A DNA stretch of 64,000 bases from Gordius albopunctatus (GCA_964276515.1 OZ193910.1:2170001-2234000), one strand, 5' to 3'; numbered from the stretch's first letter, positions 10,378 through 24,749 are shown. Program-made: numbers and translations. The notes: a model not told the origin generated them from the sequence alone.

Positions 10378-12940
10378 TTAACGTCGTCCCATAAAACATT
10401 TCCGAAGGGGTGTATCCGATATTGTCGACCTAATGCTGAGAAGAATTAATGGTAGTGTTTCACTCCATTTTGTCGTATCTTCTTGTGTCATTATGGAAGC
10501 TTTTAATTGCCTATGAAAGCGCTCAACTAAACCATTAGAACACGGGTGATAGTCTGTAGTTTTGATATGGTCAAATCCTAATGTGGATGATAATTCTCGA
10601 AATAAACAGGATGTAAATTGAGCACCTCTATCAGTAGTTATGATCTTTGAGACACCAAAGTTGGCAATCCAATGTTGAATAAATATTCTTGCTAAATTTT
10701 CTGCTGATATATCGTTGATTGGTATTGCGATTGGCCATCTCGTAAAGCGATCGATGGCTGTAAGAATATGGGTGTAGTGAGATGAGGGTGGCAAAGGGCC
10801 TACCACATCCAAATGTACGTGACTGAACCTTTCGTCGGTGTCGTCAAAAGTGCCAGGTGAAGTAATTGTGTGTTTGTTCACTTTAGACTTTTGACATTTT
10901 ATGCATTCTTTTGTCCAATTCCGAATATCTTTATTCATCGAGGGCCACACAAAGCTGCGAGTAATTAGTCTTTGAGTTGCTCGAATCCCGGGATGTGAAA
11001 GAGAGTGAAAGTGATCGAAGAAATACTTTCTTAGTTTTGTTGGTATAAGTGGTCGAGGTGAACCTGTCGATATGTCGCAAAGAATGTCTTCTTGACAACC
11101 AGGGCTTTTTAATTTTACGAGACGTAAAGATTTAGTGTTGAGCAATAACTCAGTATCATTCATTTGGTTCAAGACTATTTGAATCTCATTCGGACAAATA
11201 GGTAAAGTTAAAGAAGTTATGTCTGATCGAGATAGTGTGTCCGCTGTAATATTACTATTACCTTTTATAAAGCGAATGTCAGTGCTGAATTGAGAGACAT
11301 AATCTAAATGTCGGATTTCTCTGGGTGAATAACGATCAATTTTTGCCTGGAAAGAATAAATTAAAGGTTTATGATCCATAAATATAGTAAAATTGCGTCC
11401 CTCTAGTATGTGTTTGAAATGTTTAATCGCCAAAAAAATAGCTAGTAATTCTCGACTAAATGTACTATAGCGTGCTTGAGCGGCTGATAATTTTTGAAAA
11501 AAAAGCTAATGGTTCTTGTTTGTGATTGCTTACCTGATGCAAAACTCCCCCGACTGCTATGTTCGAAGCATCTGTGGTTAATGTTAACCAACTGTTTGAT
11601 TTCAAAAATCCTAAATTGGTTGCTTTAATTATACTTTGTTTTAAGAGATTAAATGAATTCATTTCTGCCTCCGTTATTTTAATATCTTTCTCATCATTGT
11701 TTAATAAGTCGGTAAGTGGTTTCGAAATTGAAGAACAATTTGGTATAAAACGTCTATAAAAATTCACCATGCCTAAAAAACGTTTCAAACTCTTCATTGT
11801 TTGAGGAATTGGAAAATCCTTAATTGCATCAATTTTGTTTGACAAGGGGCGTATGCCATTTTGATCGACATGATGACCGAGAAAGTTTAATGATTTTACC
11901 CCCAAAGAACATTTTGATAGATTTATGCGAATACCGTATGTTTGTAATCGTTTAAAAACTGTTGAGAGGTGTAATTTGTGTTCATTTTCTGTGGAACTGG
12001 CGATAAGTATATCATCGATGTAAGCATACACAAAATCCAAACCATTAAAAATTTCATCTATGAGGCGCTGAAATGTTTGCGCTGCGTTCCGCACTCCGAA
12101 CGGCATTCTTACAAATTCAAACAGTCCAAAAGGTGTTGTGATTGCGGTCTTAGGGATGTCCTTTGGTGTCATCGGAGTTTGATGGTAAGCTTTTACTAAA
12201 TCCAACTTTGAAAAAATGCATTTGCCTGTTAGATTTAAAGCGAAATCATGTAGATGTGGAATGGGGTATCTATCAGGTTTTGTTGCGTAATTAAGCATTC
12301 TAAAATCTCCACATGGACGCCATGTCCCTGGGGTCTCTTTTGGTACCATATGTAAGGGGGATGACCATTTACTATGTGAGGGTTTTATTATGCCTAATCT
12401 ACTCATCTCTTCAAATTCTTTTTTTGCTATTTTAAATTTTTCGGGGTTTAAACGTCGTGGAGAAAAATGTATCGCTGGTCCTTTCGTTATTATATGGTGT
12501 TGGGTATTATGTTTCACTTTGTCATTAAAATCTGGTGGCTTTGTAATATCCGGAAATTGTTTTAATATAGAGTAAAAATCATTATCCTGTGAAATTGGAC
12601 TGTTTATAGATGACATTGATGAATTGGTTATATTCGATAATTTTAGAGAATAATTTTGTGGATTAATTATGCGTTTATTTTTAACATCAATTATTAAACC
12701 AAAGTGTGATATAAAATCTGAACCTAATATCGGGGAATATACGTCTGCGATCAAAAAAGTCCAGTTAAATTCTATTTTTAAACCTATATCTAATGTTAAC
12801 GATGTTTGCCCGTAAGTATTTATATTGCTCGAATTAGCTGCTTTTAAACATAATTTATTTAATGTTACTTTCGTTTTTGTTGTCGGTGGAATTACGCTAA
12901 TTTGGGCTCCCGTGTCAATCAGATAACGTAAACCTGATAT
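10378..12940 (-). pseudogene. Gypsy pol (protease, RT, RNase H, integrase), frameshifted
   Basis: [12 protein letters not shown] (about 12890-12925); [21 protein letters not shown]; RNase H TDAS, DHKPL; INT H-HPG-C-C, VHLDVVGP, TDRGAQF, NGLVER. Confidence 0.93.
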
Positions 12941-13001
12941 TTTGTAAAAAAAACATAGAAAAGGCGATTATGGTTGATATGGCCGGATCCAGCTATCGCC
13001 T

Positions 13002-13443
13002 TTACTGGTAGGCCTGCCTTTTTAACCCTTTTCCAAAATAACATGGTTGGACACACTTCCTGGCGTTTGATCCCCAGGTGAAATGATACCAGCACCATGG
13101 TCTGTTGTTTGAAATCCCAGAAGGGTGAAAAGGGGTCTGGGGTTGACCTATCTTTTCTAATGTCCTATTTAGAGCAGATAAAACCTCTGTTAGTTCTTTA
13201 GGGTATGCATCAGTGGAGTGTTTTTTTGGGTTATGAATGTTATTAACATAATTAGTTGTTTTTTTTGACAGCACGATGCGGTCGGCTGTTTCAGCCAATT
13301 TCTCCAGTGCAGTATCTTCAGTAAACGAGACTAATATGGGAATGAGTTCACAAGGCAATTTGTTGAGCCAGAGTTCCTTTAGAATCTTTTGGTCAAGAAC
13401 GTATGTTCCCACTAAACTCTTCATGTATCGTAAAAGCTGCGAT
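13002..13443 (-). pseudogene. Gypsy gag, 5'-deleted
   Basis: SQLLRYMKSL...LWLNKLP...LAETADRI and knuckle CWYHFTWGSNARKCVQPC; joined directly to the LTR stub. Confidence 0.85.
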
Positions 13444-14566
13444 AAATCTTTCCAAGGTAAGTGTAATTTGTTTCCCTACACCCTTACCAATTCTATTTGA
13501 TATATTCTTAATCTATTATACGGAAATAGAACAGTAGAAGTAGAACATATAGACGACATTAAACTTTATTTTTACTTCAATAACCGCTTTATCATCATAT
13601 ATGCCCTAAAATTCCAACATAATTTAATACACCTGGGTAAATGGCAAAACAACGTTTGCCGGGTTCATCTAGTAAAATATAGAATAAACGAGCATAAAAT
13701 TATATAAATAAAAATTTATTCATCAGATTCGTCAATAGCCAACACGGGCCATGTGTCAGATTAAGATTTGTAATTATATTTAGCTATCAAAATGCCGATT
13801 TTTTAGCGTAAAATAAGGCTGGGTGTGTATTTAGCTTTGGGGAATCTGTTTCCTATCGATTTAAAAAACGCTAATGCTTATTGGAATAAAAATTTTAGAT
13901 TGAGCAATGGATTGGTATTTGTGTGTTTTATGGTCTTCCGCACAAGAAAGTAGACTAAAAAGGTAAATTCCCACAGGGGATCATAGAAGCTCCGTCGGGG
14001 CGCATTCTACCTTCTAAATAAGGATCGGATGGTTCGAGGATGGAAGGAGTTCCGGCCTTTTTTAAAGCCGATTTAATCAAAAGGTTTATCTTTTGATGAC
14101 GGATAAAGCGATATGTGTTTAACTTGCAATGGAGTGGGTGATGAGTTCCTTATTAAAATTTTTGCAGTTCTAACCTATGGTAACTTTAATACCTAGGCGG
14201 AGAGGTATTGCATACGAAACTTGTGGATTTAAGAGCAGAAGTCCTGAATGTTTACTTGGGATACATTCGTGACCAGAGTCGGTCGTAAGTGACCTGAGAT
14301 TGAAATGCTGGACAGTATCGCAACTCGAAAGTAGGTAAGCGACGGAGCGCGATACTATACTGGCATCCCAATCTCGTTGTTTGGCCAACTCCGTTCTCAT
14401 GCCAAGACTGTATGGCCAAATCCGTTAAAAATCATTTGATTGAGAGGTTAATTTAAAAACAAGATCCTTTACAGATTTAAAGGACGAGAGAAAAGTCACA
14501 AGGAAAATAGTCAGTGGGGACCTAATTCCTAACCCCCCAAATTTGTTTGGAAGAGTGGCCTGCAGC

Positions 14567-15647
14567 TAGAGGCCTGCACGGGCGGCCCCAAGGCCCGGAC
14601 GGGCTCGGGTCTTAAATTCTGAGGCTTTAAAATTCCGGGCCAGGACTAATTTATAAATTATAGGCCCGACCCGGAATAATTTAAAAGAGCCTAAATAGTC
14701 TTTTATTCTGTTTAAAACAATCTATAAAATTTCAAGAAATTAATTTTAAGTTATTGAATTTGTTAAACACTCATTTATTTATTTCGCGCTTATACTAATA
14801 CTAGATGAACCCGGCAAACGTTGTTTTGCCATTTACCCGGGTGTATTAGCAGAATATATATCATCTTACAGATAAATTTCAATAGATTAAGAATATATCA
14901 AATATAATTGATAAGTATTTATTATGCAAAAATTTTTAAACAAATAGTTAAAGAGGTTCCAAGGTCCAGGCCCACCCAAGAGAGAAAACCTGGCCCCATG
15001 CCCCCCCCCAGGGAAAAATCTTTCGCCCCCTGGTCCTTCAAGGAATTTTATTTTAATTTATTGTAATTAAGAAACAATATCATAATTATAATTATTTGTT
15101 TCTGAATAAAACTTTTAATTCTGAACTTAATAATGTCCGAAGAATTGAGATATATCAACATTTATTGGCACTTTGTTAAAAGTATTTTCATTTTTCTCTT
15201 TATTTAACGCGCAAAAAATGACAAAATTAGATATTTTAATTTATTTAGCCACGCAGGAGGGGACACGACCGTCCTATAATAATAATAATTGACGTGAAAA
15301 ATAAGCAAAAAAATGAATTTGATTTAATGTTTCAAATCGTAAAAAGTTTCCATTTTCCGCAGCACATGCCTACTGCATTTAACACACTACCTACACGATA
15401 GATCCGCAGTACGTCATAAGGTTGCGTTTGATTGACGTTTTATTAAACGGCAAAACATATAAAACAACTAACTCAAAAACTAATGGACCGATTTGGCTCG
15501 AACATATCTTAAAACTTTGAGCCAAATCGGTCTGAGAGTTCCCCAAAATTTGTGGCGGCATACATACATACACACTTAGTTTCATTTTTATATATAAGAT
15601 ATGAATAGCAATAGGAAGAAGCAATTAAAGCTTAACATGTTTTTAAA
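14567..15647. mobile_element. hAT-like MITE fragment (GCCCG subterminal repeats) hosting a Helitron
   Basis: Begins TAGAGGCCTGCA with GCCCG repeats like 29479, 33349 and 19269; flanked by direct repeat GCCTGCAGCT (14558-14567, 15648-15657); no matching right TIR. Confidence 0.55.
14801..15599 (-). mobile_element. Non-autonomous Helitron, complete 799-bp copy
   Basis: On the minus strand a|TCTTATATATAAAAATG ... hairpin ... CTAG|t, inserted between A and T with no TSD. Confidence 0.92.
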
Positions 15648-15974
15648 GCCTGCAGCTCCAAGCAATAGGTTAAATCAAATAGGTATTTAAAATTTTTTAT
15701 TATTAGGTTTATATAAATATAATATTAGGTGTAGAAAAAAATGCAGTCCTGAAAGGTATTTACTTAGTGTTAACGCTTTCATTCATTTATTCAAATACAA
15801 ATTTATAGAAAATTAAAAGGAGAATTACATTGGCAGTAATAGTAATAGCTCTTCATCCTCAACCTCGAGTAATTAATTATATTAAATAATTTCAAAGCCA
15901 TAAATTAGGTTACACTTAAGGTCTTACTTATTTAATTTAAAATGGCATTCTAGAAAATTCCAGTCATAAAAATA

Positions 15975-16320
15975 AAAACTCGGGCCTTCGGCCCTCGTGG
16001 GAATGGGAGTAGGGGAAGGGAAGGGGGAACTCTTCTATACTCTGTATAAAAGTAGCATATTTGCTATGCAATTTATGGGCGAGAAAGGTGGGAAGGGGCT
16101 AGATTGCCTATAGGGGGTATTAAACGCAAAATGATTAGTTAATTATTAATACAAATTTTCCATTTAATTAATAAAAAAAATTGGCCTCCCCGGGTATCGA
16201 ACCTACTTCCAAACGGTTTCAGTGGTAAACACGACGAAAAGCGTGACAAGACATTCGGTGCGTGACATTCGGTGCGTGACAAGACATCGGAAAATGGAAA
16301 GTGAGCCCATAAATTGCATA
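15975..16320 (-). mobile_element. Unclassified non-autonomous element with asymmetric inverted repeat and terminal hairpin (Helentron/HINE-like)
   Basis: Perfect 16-bp IR TATGCAATTTATGGGC (16065-16080)/GCCCATAAATTGCATA (16305-16320); hairpin GGGCC-TTC-GGCCC at about 15982-15994; related ends at 108, 43250 and 62570. Confidence 0.55.
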
Positions 16321-16639
16321 TTGGATTTAGGGGTGGCAGCCGCTCCTCCCTGCCCTCCGCCCTTGGCTAAGCCCATTAGGCTAATCCTATTATAATTCAA
16401 TTTACTGGCTTTTTACATTTTTTAATAAGACTCTTAAATAATTTGGATTTAGGGGCCCTCTAGAGTATTTAAGTGAATTTGGAAAATTTTAAATCACGAA
16501 AAGAAATGAGTTTAAGTAATTTTAACTATCCTTGATAATGTGTAGAGAAACTTAAATTTAATTAAAAAGCGAGGAAAAAAATATTTTCGTCTTCCTTTAA
16601 TTAATAATTTTATAAACCAAAAATATCAAAATGGATATG

Positions 16640-17122
16640 ATGCCATTTGCTTTGCCATTTACCCGGGTGTATTAAATTATGTTGGAATTTTAGGGTATAC
16701 ATGATGATAAAGCGGTTATTGAAGTAAAAATAAAGTTTGCTAATTTTTAAACAAATATTTAAAGAGGTTCCAAGGCCCAGGCCCACCCAAGAGAGAAAAC
16801 CTGGCCCCATGCCCCCCAAAGGAAAAATCGTTAGCCCCCTGGCCCTTCAAGCAATTGTTTATATTTTTTGTAATTAAGAAACAATATCATTATTATTTGT
16901 TTCTGAATAAAACTTTTAATTCTAAACTTAATAATGTCCGAAGAACTGAGATATATCAACATTTATTGGCACTTTGTTAAAAGTATTTTCATTTTTCTCC
17001 TTATTTAACGCGCAAAAAATGACTTAGATTTTTTAATTTATTTAGCCACGCAGGAGGAGACACGACCGTCCTATAATAATAATAATTGACATGAAAAATA
17101 AGCAAAAAAAATGAATTTGATT
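16640..17122 (-). mobile_element. Partial copy of the same Helitron family
   Basis: Near-identical to parts of 14825-15325 and 34425-34850; lacks the CTAG end and is cut by a CATGGGCGTA MITE at 17123. Confidence 0.85.
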
Positions 17123-17789
17123 CATGGGCGTACCCCTCCCTCCCCCCCCCCCCCCTAATTAAAAAAAATAATTTTACAATACAAAAACCCTTAAAAATTA
17201 TGTTTTGCCCCCCCCCCTTATTAGCCAGTGAAGGGCAGAAAGAGCGGCTGCCCCCTGCGGTTCTCAGGAAAAATTTAGGAATTTAGTAGTCGAAGACCTT
17301 TTTTTATTTTTTTTGCTCTCAGGAAAATATTTGGATAGCCGAGAAAATTTTTTTTTTAATCTGAGGAAGGTTAAGCCTTATTCTCTCGGATCCCCTGGCT
17401 ACACTTTTACGTTTCACCAGGGGCTTTTATTAACGCGTATAACCGTATTACTCTACATATGTGAAAATGTATACATATTAATGCGAAAAAACGCGTATAT
17501 GAAGGCGAAAATTTTGGAGAGAATAAAGGGTAAATAGAAAGCAGAGAGGGCAAAAGTGCGTAAACTATCGTGGAACAGAAAAAAGTGAGGGTGCGTCTTT
17601 TTTCCCTGCTTATATAGCTGTAGTTCACGTGTTTACAAGGGGGTTTCAGTTCCGTTTTCCTCGCTGCTATTTCCCAAATTTTCGTCTTCCCAGAAGCCGA
17701 GGTCTATTTGCTCGTCTAGGTTGTCCAATTGGAGCTCCGGCAATTCGAATCCTTTGGCCATTTGGAGAGACGGGAGGAAAGTCACTTGG

Positions 17790-17990
17790 AAAATCGTATC
17801 AAGAAAGTGCAAGTCGCATGTAAGCGAAAGAGAGGGAGCCCTAAACTGACATGGAAGCATAAAATTGATATGGACTTGAGAAGGTGCGAGCTAAAGTGAA
17901 GCTGGTGTAAGTGCAGGAATACATGAAGAACCTACTTGAAGGAGCTGACCACTAAATGTGACAAACAGCTATAGTAAAAAAAGAATAAAT
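17790..17990 (+). mobile_element. RTE 3' fragment
   Basis: Reads IKKVQVACKRKRGSPKLTWKHKI, homologous to KRKRGRPKLTWIHKI at about 10080; ends with the 3' stem-loop and an A/G-rich tail. Confidence 0.8.
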
Positions 17991-18333
17991 TTGCTTCATA
18001 ATTTTTCGAATAATTGGAACCAACACCTTTAAAAAAACAATTTAAAACTAACATAAAGCTAAAATTGAGTAAAACTTTAATTTTTATTGAACAATAATTT
18101 TTTTAGTTGACAATTGATTAATTATTATTTAGTATCATATTTATACGCTCACGAAATTATGTATGATGCAAATTATATAGGTAGCCATTTACATCTACTC
18201 AACCTGTTGGGTTAGAAAAATACTAATGCTTTAAAGCCTAATAAAATATATTATAGATGCCGCTAATCCTACTTTTAACGATAACACATTATCTCCTAAA
18301 ATATGTTTTATACGATTTCAGCTATGTACGATG

Positions 18334-19268
18334 TTTGAAATTAATTAATAAATTGCGGGTTCGCTAATAATCAAACCCCTTTCAGGAGTTTCGCAATAAA
18401 ATTAAAAGTAACCTCTAATTAGCGCCATCTATCGGCAATTTTAATTAGAAACTAATTTGAACTATGTATATCCCTATCCTTTTTAGCATGTGACTCGAAA
18501 ATGATAACAGACATATAACGTTTTCGCTCTCATTAGAGCTTGCCATAGTTAATTTTCTAGTCACATTCTAAGCGAGATTGGTATATATAATGCTCAAACA
18601 AGATTCAACCCATTCTTATGGTGGTTAATAAATAACCCTCGGAATTATGGTGGAAGATAATTATTTTGTCATTGTGGTACTCACGCCACCTGACATTTTC
18701 GAGTTATTTCTATTCTATTCCTATCCTACCCTATTTAATGTCTATTTTCACGGCCTATCGTTCGCAAATTTATATCCTCATATATATTGCACCATCCGCT
18801 ATACGTTTAATTACCATCGAGGAAGAGAAATACAGATCTGTGCACCCTCATCAAAAGAAGATTATTGTTATCATAATTATTATTGTATTAATAAAAAGGT
18901 AATGTAAAAAATCAAAAAAAAAATTTAATTTTTTGTTTTGGAATATAATGATATTATCTGTATCGAAAAATTTTGGAAATGAAATATAAGTTAAGATTAA
19001 AAGGACTAGAATATTCACACATATTAGTAATTTAGATTGTTGATTAAATATAAATATTAACGGAACGTAAATAGTAATCATCATTTTTTGCTATATTTCT
19101 TTAATAGTTATATTATATTTGAAATTAATTAATAAATTGCGGGTTAGCTAATAATCAGAAGAAGATAATAATAACCCCTTTCAGGAGTGACGCAATTAAA
19201 TTAAAAGTAAACTATATTTAGCGCCATCTATCGGCAATTTTAAATAGAGACTAGTTTGAACTATATAT
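18334..19268. repeat. Pair of about 135-150-bp direct repeats (18334-18471, 19118-19268)
   Basis: Shared TTTGAAATTAATTAATAAATTGCGGGTT...CCCCTTTCAGGAGT...TTAGCGCCATCTATCGGCAATTTTAA...TTTGAACTAT. Confidence 0.85.
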
Positions 19269-20634
19269 CAGGGGTCAGATTTGTTAGGAATTTTCTGCCC
19301 GAACCCGGCCCGACTTAGTTTTTTACCTTCATTGCCCGCCCGAATTGTTAAAGCTGCCCGAATTGCCGTGCCCGAAATATTAAATTTGCCCGTTAGTCCC
19401 GAATTTACGAGGTCCCAAAAAGAGGTGGGAGTAGTTTAAATTTTTCTGCCCGAACCCGGCCCGGTCCAATTTTAACTAAATTGCCCGCCTGAACCCTTCT
19501 AAGTGTCGGCTCAGCCATGCCCAAACCATTAGAGCTGGCCGGTCTGATTTATAAAATTTTCCCGGTAGACCCGAAATTATCCAATCCCAAAATCTTTAGC
19601 CACTATTACAAAATAAGCAATGGCATATTGTTCCAAACAAAGATGACAATATTTTATTATTCATATCGTCGACAATTTCCGGGGATAATCTTGTGCGTCT
19701 TTCCTCTATTAATCTTCCTGCGATAGAAAAACTTCTTTCACTAGCAGCACTCGTCGCCGGGATGGCAAAGAGTATTTTTTTAAACCTCGATAATTTAGGA
19801 TACCTAAAATAGTTATAATTTTTAATAACTTTAATGTGACTTGTTTGCTTTATTTTTTCACCGTGTTTTTTTAGTTGTTAAGAAATTAAATGAATTACAA
19901 TTATGCGCATTGTTAGAAAATAGCATGAGCCTTTGTTTTAAGTCTAGACGGCACACATGTGTAGTGTATTGCGAACAATGAAATGGCTTTGGCTACTACA
20001 TAAATATAAATAATCCAATCCTTTCCATAATGGAGTAGGGCAAAGATTTAACTGAACGCGATATAAATGTCATAAAATAATTTACTACCAGAGAGTAAAA
20101 TAGTTTCTTCCATAGTATTAGATTAGAGTAGCAGTTTACAAGGGCGTAGCAAGCATTAAAATTTATAGGGGGGCAATAATGATTTAGGGAGGGGCAAAAT
20201 GATCATATTTTGAAAATTTAGCCATAATTTTAATACATTTTAACAAATTTTTGAGTTTAGAGGGGGGCAGCTGCCTTTTCCTGCCCCCCCCCTTGTCTAC
20301 GCCCACGGCAGTTTAAATCGTTGTGATTTTATTCTTTTATAATATAATCTGAAAATTAAAAATTTTTGATCTTGAGACAAACCAATTAAACTCATTTATT
20401 CGAAATAAAATTTAATTTTGAAGAAATTGAAATTAGGACATTATATAAACGTACAATGAAGATTTAAGCGATGAAAAAAAATCTAGTCAAATTTATTATG
20501 GCCCAAAATTGTTTATAAGCGAATTTTTATTTCTTCAAGGAAAATAAATTTGAAAAAATTTTGGGCATGCTCGAATCTTATCAGCGTGCCCGCCCGGGCT
20601 TGCCCGAAAATTAAAATTTAAGGCAGTTGCTCTG
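19269..20634 (-). mobile_element. Internally deleted hAT transposon retaining the C-terminal dimerisation domain
   Basis: Minus strand about 19650-19806 reads RYPKLSRFKKILFAIPATSAASERSFSIAGRLIEERRTRLSPEIVDD; CAG...CTG ends with GCCCG(A) subterminal arrays. Confidence 0.85.
20139..20307. mobile_element. Abundant G/C-tract MITE (TIR like CATGGGCGTAGC), nested in the hAT remnant
   Basis: 8-bp TSD GCAGTTTA (20131-20138, 20308-20315). Further copies or fragments near 16321, 26093, 26577, 26925, 37972, 41715, 46490, 48170, 49615, 54358, 56760, 58970 and 60700. Confidence 0.9.
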
Positions 20635-20788
20635 TATATAATGATATATAAATATAAGTTATAATAAATTAAACAATTTTCTTTTCATGTATTCTCATAT
20701 ATATCACAATATATTCATAAAAATATATATAAAAACTCAGGAAATGAAATTGCGCTTTGTTTATATGAGTACGCATATCATGGTGAGC

Positions 20789-21472
20789 CATAGGCGTACA
20801 GAAGGGGGTAGAAAAAGGGAAAGTTTACCGCCTTGGCAAAAATTAATAATTTTTTTTATTAAAAATAACATATTTTTAGATTGAAAGTTATTATTATATA
20901 GCTGAGTAACTGACTCAAAATGACATTTATAAATAAATACCTATTTATACTTTTTTATTTTGAATTAAATTTCGACAGAAAGCCAATTAACCATTATTTT
21001 CTTTTTCCGATATCGTTTATTTACTTGCATTACAATGAAAAAAAGAAATTTGGAGCATTATTTTCCTATGAAATTATCCGATCCTTTTATATCTAAGCCT
21101 AGTAATTCGTTGATCTATTGATAAATATAAATACAAAAACGGTGTATATTTTTTATTTTATTTTGGCAAAAGATAAGGCATCAAGAATTTGATCAGGAGT
21201 TGGGGCTAACTCCCGATGAATCGTTAGGAGCTTAAGCTACTAAAATATATTTTAAAGATTTAATAAGCCTGCAACTATATAGGTAAAAAATTGAAAAGCA
21301 TTATTAATAATATCAGTGAATATAAAAATACGACCTTCGGGGGCAGCTGGGGGCTTCGCCCCCAGACCACCATCTCCTGGGGCTCCGCCTTATAAATAAT
21401 TTATTGAAATAACAATGTTTTGAAAAATTGGAAATTTTCTGCCCCCTTGGGAAAATCCTGGCTACGCGCCTG
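20789..21472. mobile_element. 684-bp MITE with CATAGGCGTA-type ends just upstream of YY1
   Basis: Perfect 8-bp TSD TGGTGAGC (20781-20788, 21473-21480). Confidence 0.85.
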
Positions 21473-21985
21473 TGGTGAGCTATACTCTTACTAAAAAATT
21501 ATCAGCTCTTCGACCCTCTATGGTTCTAGTAGTATATTCTTTTAACTTACTATCTATTAAAATAATTTTTTGAATATCTAAAGCTTAATTTTAATATACT
21601 CAAAAATATTCAATCAATTGTTTTATTAATAATTAATTTCCTTTAATTTTGATTCGTTGAATTCGAATTTTAAATTAAGATTTAACTTATGAAAAAATAT
21701 ACTTTAATAACTCATAGTGTTTAAATATTTGATGCCGGTAATTTTCAATAATAATTAGCGCTAGAGGATATTAGTTATTTTTAGAGGAGCGAATTAATAT
21801 ATATTAAGACTAATTTAAAAAAATTAGACTATGCCGTATATTGTACAGTATTTATATTTTATGTTAAAAAAATTAGATTATGCCGTATAGTTTTATTGAT
21901 ATTTGTGATTGGTATGATATCCAAATTAAACATATGGTATTAATGGATTTCACGCATATTTAAATCATCTATCCTATGGAATAAA

Positions 21986-24022
<2,037 letters not shown>

Positions 24023-24749
24023 CAATGTGTTTTGTTGTCACACCAAATGCCACAAATTATACAGCCGAATCAGTTTTGTTGTTGGGATACGTACAATACC
24101 TATGCTAAAGGCTCGCTTTGGAATGTGGGAAACTTCTATAAATATATATATATGTGTAGGTTATGTGTTATATAATATATATCCATATGTATATATGCCA
24201 AGTCCATTAACCATTGTTATAACTTATAATGATAATACGTATACTGTAAATACTTATAAAGGAATCGTTATTTATGTATGACCCCCCACAACTCACGTGA
24301 TATCAATTATAAAAGTTATTGCCATACGATGTGTAGCTTAAAATAAGACAATTTCTCTTATAATTTATAATTAAAATTGGTTAATTTTTTAGCTACTATT
24401 TCAAAGCAAAAGGATTTTTTTAAAAACGAATTGGAACTTAGCCACAATTTGATGTAAGGTAGGGGGGCATGTTTCCTTTGGCTATATTCCATCTTGATTA
24501 TTATTGAAGAATATGAATAATATTTTAATTATTTTTTAGGGGCTTTATATTTATTTTCATTTGCCTTAAGTTTGGTGTATTTGCACCTTTATGCAATGAG
24601 CTTGCCGTGGCTTTGGTTAATTGCCAAAGAAAAATGCAATAATAAATGCTCTTTGTACTCACCTTTAATTAAACTTTTAGGGTACATTTATATTAATAAT
24701 AAAGTATCAAAAACAAGTTAAAATGTCGAATTATTTTTTTGAATAAGTA

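Larger units (their letters stand above)
6389..13480 (-). mobile_element. Ty3/Gypsy LTR retrotransposon, defective
   Basis: 5-bp TSD CCCTT (6384-6388, 13481-13485); 3' LTR 6389-6587 with PPT AGAGGGGGAG next to it; only 37 bp of the 5' LTR remain (13444-13480); gag-PR-RT-RNaseH-INT order. Confidence 0.95.
5552..13672 (+). mobile_element. Non-autonomous Helitron split by a Gypsy insertion (halves 5552-6388 and 13481-13672)
   Basis: a|TC start at 5552; 3' hairpin GGCAAAACAACGTTTGCC then CTAG|t at 13669-13672; both halves are colinear with the uninterrupted copy at 14801-15599. Confidence 0.9.
13730..15790 (-). mobile_element. Degraded CRE-type RLE retrotransposon interrupted by a MITE and a Helitron
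   Basis: LQATLPNKFGGLGIR (about 14520-14566), QRDWDA...YAIPLRLG, RMRPDG; continues beyond 15657 with FRTAFFLH-like sequence matching the 31640-32740 ORF. Confidence 0.8.

Noticed and set aside
8660..12575. Short ORFs antisense to the RTE and Gypsy frames
   Set aside because: Shadow ORFs of coding sequence on the opposite strand.
17633..17860. Acidic ORF with AKGFEL, also seen in ORFs at 59986-60325
   Set aside because: Only six residues are shared with no further similarity; part of the ORF is antisense RTE; no family recognised.
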